A stretch of 64,000 nt of DNA from Mobula hypostoma (taxonomy: Eukaryota), in assembly GCF_963921235.1 (NCBI RefSeq), contig NC_086097.1, positions 43,340,001 through 43,404,000 of the forward strand. Reading direction: 5' to 3'. The notes under the pieces are model-generated. The model searched no databases, had not been told where the DNA came from, and was given only the letters and a program-made list of their open reading frames with translations. A program made the translations under genes and the position numbers. Positions 39,657 to 52,309 of this stretch are shown one piece after another; position 1 is the stretch's first letter, and each line of letters begins with the position of its first letter.

Positions 39657-39895
39657 GAGCAGCACAGCAGTTAGCATAATGCTGTCATAGCATCAGAAAC
39701 TCTGGTTCAGTTCTAGCAGTCTGTAAGGAGTTGGTACGTTCCCATGACCACATGATTTCCTCTGGATACTCTGGTTTCTTCCCACATTCCAAAAACATAG
39801 GGGTTTGTAGGTTATTTACTCACATGGGCATAACTGGGCAGTGGAGGTTTGTAGGGCCAGAAGAGCCTGTTACCATGCTGTATCATTAAATAAAA
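39657..39895 (+). mobile_element. tRNA-derived V-SINE
   Basis: Degenerate A/B boxes; V-domain ggatactctggtttcttcccacattccaaa; taaataaa tail. Confidence 0.7.
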
Positions 39896-41389
39896 GAAAA
39901 TAATCAATGTTATATGTTGTTTTGATGATTTGTGTAATGTTAAAATGTAGTTTGTTATCCAAGTACTCACAATAACTTTTGATGTACACATTTAACATGG
40001 GATCAGAAAAGAAAAATGTGTAGAAGATGTTTTATACCAACTGGAACATCAAAGCTCAAAATCTATTTTCAGAGATACATCCTCACTAGCAGCTATTTGA
40101 GTACCACTGCTGGATATATTGCAAAAACAAAGTCATGTAATCTTCTGGGAATAAAAAAAGTTTTTAATTAACATTTTATGAAACTTTCTTTACAAAATGC
40201 AAATTACTTTACATAGTGAGGATTACAGTCAAATTTAATACAAGAGAATATGTTTAAGTCCCAGTGAACAAACATTTAAGAAAAATTAGGCAAGCAAAAT
40301 AGGAACAAATAGTGCAGATGGAGCTTGGTAAATGATAAAGTAATTTATCGTAATTTGCTAAAGCTCAAACAATAAGAAACAGTGAGATAAGCAATCCAAG
40401 TGTGACATTTCAAAGATTGCTAGTTGGAGATGAAATCTATGAAAAGGTACATGTAAAAAGATTGCAAAATACAAACAAGCATGTAAAGATGTAACGAATA
40501 GAATATTGTGTGTAAAAGAACAAACATCCATTTTGTAAGAGATGATAGCCAAACATTGGTACTCAAAGAAACCTGGTGTCCTTCTAAATAACTCAGTTTT
40601 CTGGCAGGTGCAGCAAATGCCATGTTACCATTTAATGGAAAAGGGTTAAATCTGAAGATATTTATCAATTATAAGATTCCACACAGGAAATTGTATATAG
40701 TTTTAAATTCCCTGCTGAGGGGTTAGTGAGTGATAAGTAGTTGAGTAAATGCAAAGAATGAGGTCAATAGACATTTGAAGTTGAAAGATATAGGGAGTGT
40801 TGTGGAATATGGAATCTAAATAAAGAATCTACTACAACCTTTATTCATGCATGTTTAGCACGATGATAGTAATTCCGCACCTTCAAACTTTATATTTTGC
40901 CAGTTTTTCGAGAAAGTAACATTATAGCTTTCAGAAACAGCAGATAGTTATTATCCAGATAAAAACACAGAAAATTCTGGATGATAACTGCAGTTGTCAG
41001 AGAAAATTGTATATTCCACAAGCTGTCAAATAATTAAACTGAAATCAACTTGTGCATATCTTGGAGTTAAGTGCCACGCTCAAAATATTTCACTTAAATC
41101 ACCAACTTTAATGGATGAACTACCAGATCTTCTAAATCACAAGAACTTAAAAGATCCAGAGACTGATCTATTTTCTACCATTTTGTTTAGTGAAATGGGT
41201 CATTAAACTGAATGATCTGTTTCTCTTTCAACAAATGCTGCCTGGCCTACTGAGTACTTTTTTTAAATTTCAGATTTCCAGTATGAAATACTGGAAATAT
41301 TTCAAATTTGCCTTCATGTTAAAACAATAATGTGAGCACAAGCTCTTAAAGGTCTATTTTATCTAAACCTCAAAGATGAAGGCACGTCT

Positions 41390-41870
41390 AGAGATGTGGA
41401 TACTACAGAGAGAGTGCAGAGGAGATTTACAAGGATGTTGCCTGGATGGAGAGCGTGGCTTATGATAATAGGTTAAGTGAACTTGGCCTTTTCTCCTTGG
41501 AACAATGGAGGATGAGAAATGACCTGTTAGATGTGTTTAAGCTGATGAGAGGTATTGATTGTGTGGATAGCCAGAGGCTTTTTCCCAGGGCTGAAATGAC
41601 TAACACAAGGGGGTATAATTTTAAGGTGCTTGTAGGTACAGAGGGGATGTCAGAGGCAAGTTTTTCCCACACAGAGTGGTGGGTGTGTGGAATGTACGGC
41701 TAGTGACAGTGGGAGAGGTGGATAGAATGAGGTCTTTTAAGAGACTCTTAGATAGGTACTTGGTGCTTAGAAAAATAGAGGGATATGTAGAAGGGTAACT
41801 CTAGGCATTTTCCAGAGTAGGTCACATGGTCGGCACACCACTGTGGGCCAAAGGGCCAATGTTCTATGTT
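41390..41870 (+). mobile_element. CR1 3' fragment
   Basis: Collinear with 9375-9860; RLSELGLFSLE..RNDLLDVFK. Confidence 0.85.
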
Positions 41871-42519
41871 TTAAATTATACTGTTTTCCCTTTAAATGTA
41901 AATTGTGAAGTCTCTGATTCTGCCAAGTTGAGAAACAATATCAAGCCAGAAATGGGAATTTGAGAATTTAGAATTAAATATTGGGAGTACCATGGTGAAT
42001 AAGACTGTAGAAACAAAAAGTTACAAATACAATGCACTAGATTTATAGAATTAACAAAATCCATTTTCACTTTGCCAAGTCTGCATTTTTAATTTATTGA
42101 AACAGTTAAAAGAGAAAGCTTCCATAAGAATCAAGATGTTCAAATTGCAATAGTAATAAATTTGTTAAAATCTTAAGTATTATTACATTGGTGGTGATGG
42201 TGAACTGGAGAAAGAGGCAGTGGAGAAGCTGGATGTTTTTATTAACCAGGGGTACTTCTATTTTAAATTGTTTAACTCATTTTTAAAATACAGCAAAGAA
42301 GGTAATACATTTGTAACTGATTGTCAAATGTATGCTTGGGATTTACATGAAATTAAATCTCTCTAGTTCTTTGCTTGTAAATTTTGTCTGGGTAATATCA
42401 AACACTCAGTGTATTACATGTAGTGTTGGACGTGTTACAATCTCCTTAAAAAATAGAAATAGAAGTTTCTTTTCAACAATTCTGAGATCTAGTGTAAGAA
42501 CGAATATTCAACATTTTAA

Positions 42520-42638
42520 GCAACACACACAAAAAAATGCTGGTGAATGCAGCAGGCCAGGCAGCATCTATAGGAAGAGCTACAGTGAACGTTTCAGGCC
42601 GAGACCCTTCGTCATCTGCAGATTTCCTCGAGTTCGTG
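42520..42638. mobile_element. 119-bp Penelope pseudo-LTR micro-insertion with an internal inversion
   Basis: 42520-42614 inverted pseudo-LTR piece joined to forward catctgcagatttcctcg; 13-bp TSD TTCAACATTTTAA at 42507-42519 and 42639-42651. Confidence 0.85.
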
Positions 42639-43789
42639 TTCAACATTTTAAAATCCTTTTATATGAATTATATGTTGAATCAAATGATTTAGCATGCCAC
42701 AAACAGTTAAAAGCTGGTACAACTTTCTATTCTCACACTAAATAGACTAAATATGAGGATTTTAACTTTCTACCTTAAGCCTTAAGATATAGAAACATAG
42801 AAAATCTACAGCACAATACAGGCCCTTCGGCATATAAATGGGCTGTTAATCTATTTCATTAAGCACAGATAGGTTTTACTAACTAATTTATGTTCATGTA
42901 CACCACGTCAAAAAGACTGGTAGTATTTCGTCTCAACATACAGGCACCCAAATTCTACAATAATTACTAATTTCCAAGTTACATGCAGTACCTACTAGGG
43001 AAACCTACCAAAGTAGTTCTGCATTTTGGTCATAGGAAACAAGATTCAGTAATTTCTCTCTGTGGTTATCCATTAAATCCAAGAAAAATTTGTGATAAAA
43101 GCTAAGTTATTATACAGATTGAAAAGTTTGCATATATTTATTTTTAAATACAATATTAAATTACATAGATATTTAATATATTGACAAACATAATTCCTAA
43201 TTTAGAGCAATTAGATCATGTAAGGTGAAAAAATACTGTAGATCTGGATGAATTCCACAAGATATACATTAGCTCAATATGCATCAAGTACTGTTAATTT
43301 GTCCAAAATCAGCTTTTACTTTTAAAAACAAATCAAAAATGATTAGTCATTTTGATAAACTTTAAAGGAAAATGGAGTCAATAGACTGGTAAAAATAGCT
43401 ACAGTATTTATGGAAAGGAAAATGGCTTAAATTCATATTTGTGAACACATTAACAATTTGTAGGTAAAGCTCTTGTATATTCAGAATATCAAGGCTAATT
43501 ATTCTTGCTCCCCTCTGATGGAAGGTTCCTATTGCAGTTGTACAGAATTTTTCCAGATAGTTGATGCAGACTGCCCCTTTTAAGAGTAGCCGAAATAGAT
43601 TAATATCCAACTTTGATATTCAAATACATCTTAATACATCAACATCTCGATACTACAGACATCTTACTTAAACCTCAAAGCAATTGACATGCTTACCTAA
43701 TGGCTTTTGATATATTTACCAGCATCTCAATAGCTGCTTAATCTATTTTGATAGGTTGCTATGAGAAAATAACCCTCATCAACAGAATA

Positions 43790-44865
43790 AATTCAAGATA
43801 GTTTAATGTCATTTCCTGTACACTATAAAGGAGAACAAAACAACTGTTACTCTTGATCCAAAACAAAAAAAACACATAAAGAACACAATCACAATTAAAA
43901 AACAATACGTAAATCTAAGTGTATAAGAGAAAAAAAAAATATATATAGTATGTCCATGAAGTGATGCTAGCTGCAGGAGTCGCTGTACATGAGGTGACTG
44001 GCAGGAATCGATCAGTAGTTGGGGGCATGGAAGGGTGGATTACTGGGTGGAGGTATTCATCAGCCTTACTACTTTTCCTGCACCTTTGAATATACATGTC
44101 GTTGATGGCAGGTAGACTTGTGCCAGTGATGCGCTGGGCAGTTTTGACTGTCCGTTTTTACTTGTCTAGCCCCATGCCTCGAGCTTTTCGACCTCCTCTC
44201 TGCAGGCTGTCTCATCCTTGTTGATGAGCTCTGACACTGTTGCATCATTGGTGAGCTTGACAATGGGATTACTCAGGTGCTTGGCCTTGCAGTCACTTGA
44301 GCAAAGTGTACAGCAGTGGGCTCCGCACACAGCCCGCGGGTCATCAGTGTTGATGATTAGGAGGAGGGAGGAACAGTTGTGCATCCCGATTATCTGACCA
44401 CAGTTGGTTAAGTCTAACACCCAGTTGCACACTGGTATATTTAGACTGAGGGGTAGGAGACTGTTCACAAAGGACTGTGGGACGATAGTGTTGAATGCTG
44501 AACTGAAATCCACGAACAGCATTCTGACAAAAGTGTCCTTGTTTTCTAGGTGTCAGGGCCAGGTGCATGACAGATGCTATGGCAGTTGTCATAGAGCAGC
44601 TCTGTCAATAAGCACATTAGTGCGTGTCCAATGCAGCAAGAATGAAGTTTCTGATTTGTGCCACTATCAGCCATTCAAAGCACTTCATGACGATTGGCAA
44701 CAGTGCCACTGGGCAGTCATCATTTAGTTCTGAAGGTGTGGAATTCTTTGGTACAGGGATGATGGTGGCTGATTTGAAGCAAGTGGGGATGGCAGCCTAG
44801 ATGAGCGAAGTGTTGAAGATGTCCATGAAGATGCCAGTGAACTGGCGTGCATACTCTTGAGTTTT
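43790..44865 (-). mobile_element. Rex/Babar-like LINE fragment
   Basis: [31 protein letters not shown]. Confidence 0.8.
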
Positions 44866-47800
44866 ATTTGGGCATTCTCCCCTCCATTTCCCATAAACCA
44901 GTTCTAAATGATAAACTCCTCATTGACCCATATTGCCAAAAGTACAAATGAAAGCACAATGCAAAAGTACCCTCCTCTATGAAATAGCCAAGAGCAAAGG
45001 AGTTTTTAAAAAGCTTATAAGAGGAAGAGACCAGAGATTGCGGATGCTACAATCTGAGCAAGAAAAAAAAGGAACTCAGTGGGTCAGGTAACATCTATGG
45101 GACATCTCAGTTTCTGTACAGATTCAGAGCAATTTGTACAGTTACAGGACATTAAAATAAATGTATTTATAATGCAATGCTTGTCATACATCAAAACCCT
45201 TCTAATATAGAGCAAGGTCATTTTTTTTCCCCAAGAGATATTTATGTTGATATCTCATGGGTTTCCCCATTATGCATGCCTATTTTTTTTTGACGAGAGC
45301 GTTAACTTGCCAGAATTTTGATCTCTGGTATTTATGAAAGGTTTTAGGTTTGTGCAACAGGAGGACATAGGAAAAGCCACACAGGATGGAAGACATCCTG
45401 GAATAGAAGAAAGCACACGAGGAGGAAGGTATTATATATCAAACTCATGAACTGAGATGACATAGAAAATTAAGAAAATGAACAATTCATTATTTTTAAT
45501 CTGGAAAAGCTTGAAGCCTGTAGAATTCAGATAGGGACCCAACATACTATCATGCAGAACAGCCCTCAGTGTTGAGCATTCCTGCTGTCAGCAAAATATT
45601 GCATAGTCAAAAGAATTAGCATAAAGTGTTTTGCACTCTGCACGCTAGAATGTTAATTTTGTGAACATTCTTTGCTAGTAATATTTTATGCCCACAATTA
45701 TATTGATCTCTTTTAATAAATATTGTTAGACAAAGGCCTTCTTACTGCACTTATGTTGGTAAAAAGAAATTCAAACACTGTTGGATAGAGATTGTCTTAA
45801 ATATTAAATAAGTTTTCTCCCCCCACTGTTAGGTCCCGAGCTCTGATTTTGAAGAACTTTCAAGGAAAAAGAAAAAACACAGTAAGTAACTAAAATACAG
45901 ATATTAGTGGTTCTTAACTCATTAACCATTTTGAAATTGGCACTTCATGCAAGCTATTTAAAAAATTAAACAAAGGCAAACTTGTATTGAATTTTACTCC
46001 CAGAGCCAAATAGTTAAGATTATCTTTGCAAAGAACAATAACCAAAAATATCTGATGCAAAAATCAAACATAGCATATTAATTTTTTTTAAGAAACACAA
46101 GTATATCATTGAGAACTGTAAAGAATTAATTTTCCAGGATAATTCAAAAGAAATTCATTCATCCCATTAGGTCCGAGCAATGTCTGAGGCATTATCATTT
46201 TACAGCCCAGAACTTGTTAGTGATGGATATTAACAAGAAATGCTGTAACAATTGCTTACATTAAATGAGAAAATCAATTTTTTAAAAATTATGCAGTATT
46301 CCTTTCAAAATGCCTTGTTTTAAATATTTTAAGCAAACAAAATTTAATTTTTGAAACATTTCTGAACCTAAATTTAAACGGTTTAACAGCAAAACAGTGG
46401 AAATATTTTCATTATTTGAATAATTTTGTTTTACAAACCTAGTTTTAAAAGATGAGGTATTTGGAAGATGTTAACTCTGCTGCTCAGGCACACATTAATT
46501 TACAATCACCAGTTCACACATTACATCTGATTATTATTGGACACTGGACTATGCATCTGGCTCCAACTTTCCATTTGATATAGCAGTAGATTAGTGCAGA
46601 TGTTTGTCAGTTTTCATTGAAGTGAAATTATAAATGGACCTGCCAGAAGCATCAATACTAGAAAATCATAATTAGTGAATTCATTTTTTGTACTTAGCAA
46701 AAAGTGCACAAAAATTTCATCCCAAAAAGGTTAAAATACACGTTAAAAAGACCCAAGTAAAATAAAAATGAATCAAGAAGTACGCAAGGTATTTATTCAA
46801 GCTTTGCCTGTACTTTTACATTCTTCCAAGAAATAAGCATCAATATGTACAGCAAATTTATAATGATGCAACATAACCCAACCTAGAGCAATTCCTAATT
46901 AGACTATGACAAATGTAAAACATTTGGCACATCCTAAATTTCTTACAATGATGAAGGTCTGTCATGATCCAGCAATTCTAACCCACAAAAGGAAATACAT
47001 CAACCAATTCCTCAATATAGCTGTCACGAATTGGAATTTAGTAGGTCCCTCTGCTAACTTTTGGGCCTTGGCGATGCATCAACCACAGAAATACAAAGCT
47101 CAGAGATTTAAAATACTCACTGATAGAGGACCCTACAGCTGATATAACCTTTATTGTTTTTTTAAATACAAAGATTTCCTGTTGTACCAAACAATTAATT
47201 CAACAAAATTAAATTACAGCCAAATGTACTCTTTTTACAACCAAAATGAACAGAAAAACTATATCCAGATTATGTATATAATTTTCTGAATTAGAAACTA
47301 CTTTCATTAAAACAAAACTTCAACTAGAGTAAATAATCATTGCTCCAGGACATGAACAATATTTATACATATAGTACATTGTTGGTTCAATTTGAAACAA
47401 TATTAAAATAAAGTTTAATAGATACAGGAAAAAAAAATTGTCCACAACACACCTGTTCCAGGAGTTTTTGCACATCCCATGAGTATCTCTCTACTTGCAT
47501 TTAACTATTAAGTGCAACTTTATTTTAATATAAATCTATGATTGCAATATCCATCTCCCGAATCTCAAATTCAAGCCTGTAAGCAATGACTCAATTCTAC
47601 CGAGAGCTTTCCAAGCTGCCTTCCAACCAATTTCAATTTAAAAATGAAAAGCAAAAAACTCAGTGCAAAGGATTTAAGTGAGATAAAAATTCAGAATTGA
47701 TGTACTGTGAATAGAACAGTTTTGTTTTAATATATTTTCACTATACATTTGATTAAACTACATCAACTCTGAAAAGACCAAAGAAAGATATAAAGTTAAG

Positions 47801-48079
47801 ATTTGTAAAACAGTTTTTGGTTTATTTTTAAAACTGCTAACACCAAGGGAACAGGTCCTTGGAGCTAGCAGTTGTCCGTGTTAGTGGAATAGATATACCC
47901 ATGTCAACAGTTTTCAGTCATTGTTCCCCAGTGTTAGCTCTACACAATTCACAGCAGAATCCCGAACAAAATCACCACTATAATAAAATTTGAAAAGCGC
48001 TGTGGCTGAAGACCAGCTCCTGGCTCCAATGTCATTACTTCTTATCCTGTAGCGAAGGTTTGCAAGCAGTATGCGACAG

Positions 48080-48130
48080 CTATACTACAGTCCCACTCGG
48101 CGAATTGGCTTGGTTTTGGGATGACAAGCC
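48080..48130 (-). CDS. WDR20: WDR20 distal alternative terminal coding exon
   Basis: gtttacag|GGC; 51 nt, phase 0; GLSSQNQANSPSGTVV*, the SPxGTVV C-terminus of the WDR20/DMWD family. Confidence 0.92.
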   Translation of the reverse strand, partial: GLSSQNQANSPSGTVV

Positions 48131-49264
48131 CTGTAAACATAGCATTTCATATTGTTATATCTCTGACACTCGAACTGAACATTACTTCATTTCTCTATGA
48201 CCTAATTAATTGTTTCATGTTTTCTGATGAGGCATAACGGCATAAGTAAATTAGGATTTTTTTTATCTTGATAATTGGGAACTTTATCCTGATAAAGTTT
48301 TGCTTCAATATCGACTTGAAATTTCAAATAAAAATAATGTAACTCATAAAGTTCCATATTAACACCAAGTTATTCATTTTCTATATTCTGGTTCTAGATA
48401 AAATTTGATTATCTAAATAAAACTTTTATTGTACACTTAAGAACAGACCATTGGAAAATATTTTGTAGCAGGTTGACCAACTCTAACATTAGAACACGGG
48501 GTATAATTTGGATTGCCCATCCCAGGCATACAAAAGCAGTTTTGTATTTCATCTTTTCCATGATGCTTACAAATAGGAACAACAAATTGTATTGGAAAGT
48601 GTCATCAAATCAAATTAATGGTGTTAAATGACAAACTCAGTCCATTTCTTTACAAAATTAGTACAGTTCTGCTGAAATTTACTTACACATAATAGAATCA
48701 AGTTGATAAAGTCAGCAAACAATGCCTGACCATGAAAATATACTTGTGTGCTACTCCGAGCCATCATTTCCATGCTCCTCCTCCCTCCCCCCGCCCCCAA
48801 GTTACTTGGATTACATATAAAATTACACATAAGCTACAAGGTCTCATACATACTAATCTAGATCAGAAATCAGCTTTAATATTTTAGTCTTAAGGGCACT
48901 TGCTTCAGTAAGTGTTTGTTTAAACTAAGATTTACAATTGTTCTAAATTTATACCATTACTAAACCAATATGCATTCCACAATTTTATCTTTTGGAATTA
49001 GAAACTCATCAGATGCACATAAGTGGGAGTGTCTCCAATCAGATTCACTTTAGGGTTCCCATACAGAGCTGGAGTGAGAGATAAATTACAACTATTAAAA
49101 TAAATTAGAACTAAATATAATCATGGTTAAAGAATCTACAGCACTAAGTCATGCGCCAGAAATGCAAAAGTAGCACTGAATTGGTAGGTCAGTGAGATTT
49201 GAGTTATTTAGATATGCTGATAATCTGCATTGATTAAGATGATTATCTGGAGCTTCAGAGGTTA

Positions 49265-50025
49265 GTGATTGTTACCTATGATTATGATAAATGAGTAGAC
49301 AGACAGGAGAGAGATAGACCAGCTGATTGAGTGGTGTTGCAACAACAACCTTACACTCCAGGTCAGAAAGACCAAGGAATTAATTGCAGATTTCAGGAAG
49401 GAAAAGTCATGGGAACATACACCAGTAGTCATCAACCAGCCCTGGAAAGGCTGAGCAGTTTCAAGTTCCTGGGCATCAACATCTTTGAAGATCTTTTCTG
49501 GGCGCAACATATTGGTAGAATTACAAAGAAGGCATGACAGTGGCTAAATTTCTTTAAAAGCCTGGTACATCATCATAATCTAGAAAATTTCTGCACATAT
49601 ACTGTGGAGAGTTTTCTAACTGGCTACATGACAATCTGGTATGGAGGTCTCTGCAAAGGATCGAAAAAGGCTATATCATGGGCACTAGACTCCCCATCAT
49701 CGAGGACATCTTAAATACATGATGCCTCAAAAAGACTATATCCATCATTAAGGACCCCCATCATCCAGGCCATGCCCTCTTATTGCTACCATCAATATGG
49801 TGGTACAGGAGCCTGTAGATACACACATTTTAGAAACAGCTTCTACCTCTCTGCCGTCAGATTTCTGAATGGTCAATGAACCCATGTACACTACCTCACT
49901 TTCTTTTGCTCTGCTTTTGCTCTACTTTTTATTTTAATTATTGGAAGATGTAGCTTTTATTATGTATTACACAGTACAGCTGCTGCAAAACAACATATGC
50001 CAATGATATTAAACCTGAATCCAAA
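49265..50025 (+). mobile_element. Rex/Babar-like LINE 3' fragment
   Basis: Collinear with 21140-21870; SSFKFLGINI; gatattaaacctga end. Confidence 0.8.
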
Positions 50026-51535
50026 CTTTAAATTGTAATTACAATTGAGTTGCAGACTGCTAAGTGTTGATCTTAACTTTTATTAGAATTTCCATATTAA
50101 AAAAAAACGATCATTCGAGAGTACCATGTTGAATCAGGGCCAGATCATGATGCAGGAGCTTCCACTGATTTTGACATATCTACCCAATTGTAAAGGACTG
50201 TTGCAACTACCTCAAGTTGGCTCAATGCAAAATTTGGAAATATCTTTCTAAGCAGAATTATTTGTTCTTGCATAATAAATTCAATTGAGTTAAAATGCCA
50301 TTTCCTATACACCCTGGTGCAAAAAGTGAACAATAAACATGATACATCAAGTCATGTAAAACTTGCGGATAATTCTCAGTTTGGCTTAATTTCCCTAATC
50401 TTGGAATTCTCAAAGACCAATTGCCAAGATATGCCATGTAGAGGAAGGATGAATTCAGGGGTACAGGCAAAATAGATGTAAAGTATTGAATGAATACTTT
50501 GCGTGTATTCAAAGTGGGGAAATGATAAAAGCACTGGCACTGAAGAATGAACAAATAAGCAAAAGAAGGGGTAAACCAAATAACATTAGCAGGAAGCAAC
50601 AACCATTAGTAGGAAAACCCTTATAAAATTTCTGAATGACAGCACAAGGTCAAGTCTTACGGACACAAGTAAGCATGACACAGTGTCAATAAAGGCAGAA
50701 CATTTGACAATTTATATTTTAGTGAGGTACTTCATAAGGTTCCATATGCCAGATCAATTAAGTAAAAGCTGAAGGACAATGGAAAAGCCAGTCATAAGCA
50801 CAAGAAGGTCTGCAAATGCTGGAAATCTGGAAAGATGTGATTAAGGGGCAGGTAACAACGGTTAATGCCAGATGGGAATTTTAGCAATCGAAAGGATGCA
50901 CAGAGAGCTGCAGGGCTCACAATAGGCAGCTTGCTTCTGATATACAAATGATTAGACCCAATTAGACAGATCATTAAGTTTGCCACTACCAGAAAATGTA
51001 ATAGGCCTGGGCTACAAGAAATTGCTAGTTAGAAAGGCACAAGACTGTCAAATGAAATGCAATCCAGAAATGTCTGTGGTGATGTATTTGGAAGGGCTAA
51101 ATGTGGAAAGAAACATACAGTAACCATATAGTAAGGGAAGAAAGGAACAAGTTAAGATGGCATGTATATCCACAAGTTTCTAAAAATAGGATAAGAGATA
51201 AAGGTGTTAAAGAGTACCAGCTGTCACTGGCCAAGGCACAGAGGAAAAGTTGGAATCAGCCTACAATTTTATGAAATGTGTTATGGATGGAGTTTTGATT
51301 ACCACAGTACGGGAAGGAAGAAGTATTGAGGTTTACAAGGACATGGTCATTGTTGTATATTTAGAAAATCAAGATGGGCACTGTTTTCTTTGAAACAAAG
51401 GAAAATTAAATAAAGTTCAATATGATTTTTTTTGAGAAAAGGGTAAACTACAAAGACTTTCTTCTTTTAACTAGGGCATTAAAGTTTGAATTAATTGGCA
51501 GCATTTGAGAAAGGTAACCTTTCAGGTCAATAGCT

Positions 51536-52309
51536 GCAACACATACAAAATGCTGGTGAACACAGCAAGCCAGGCAGCATCTATAAGAAGAGATACAGTC
51601 GACGTTTCGGGCCGAGACCCTTCGTCAGGACTAACTGAAAGAAGAGATAGTAAGAGATTTGAAAGTGGGAGGGGGAGGGGGAGATCCGAAACGATAGGAG
51701 AAGACGGGGGGGGGGGGGGAGGAGGCTGGAGTGGAGCTGAGAGCTGGAAAGTTGATTGGCAAAAGGGATACGAAGCTGGAGAAGGGAGAGGATCATGGGA
51801 TGGGAGGCCTAGGGAGAAAAAAAGGGGGAGGGGAGCAGAGGAAGATATAGTGAGAGGAACAGAGGGAGGAGAGAGAGAAAGAAAGGGGAAAAAATAAAAA
51901 ATAATAAATAAGGGATGGGGTAAGAAGGGGAGGAGGGGCATTAACGGAAGTTAGAGAAGTCAATGTTCGTGCCAACAGGTTGGAGGCTACCCCAACAGAA
52001 TACAAGGTGTTGTTCCTCCAACCTGAGTGTGGCTTCATCTTGACAGTAGAGGTGGCCATGGATGGACATATTAGAATGGGAATGGGACGTGGAATTATAT
52101 GGCCACTGGGAGATCCTGCTTTCTCAGGCGGACAAAGCATAGGTGTTCAGCGAAATGGCCTCCCAGTCTGCGTCGAGTCTCGCCAATATATAGAAGGCCG
52201 CACTGGGAGCACCAGATGCTATATCACCCCAGCTGACTCACAGGTGAAGTGTCGCCTCACCTGGAGGGACTGTCTGGGGCCCTGAATGGTGGTGAGGGAG
52301 GAAGTGTAA
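51536..52309 (-). mobile_element. 5'-truncated Penelope-like element in the WDR20 last intron
   Basis: Reverse-complement homologue of ~5090-5862 (GIY-YIG part plus pseudo-LTR). Confidence 0.92.
51597..51632 (-). ncRNA. minimal type I hammerhead ribozyme motif (intact, best consensus)
   Basis: Minus strand AGTC-CTGACGA-A-GGGT(CTCG)GCCC-GAAA-CGTC^GACT. Confidence 0.82.

Noticed and set aside
5763..51632. Repeated 36-bp partly palindromic unit as a CRISPR repeat
   Set aside because: Copies are kilobases apart, on both strands, inside retroelements; no spacers or cas genes; eukaryotic context
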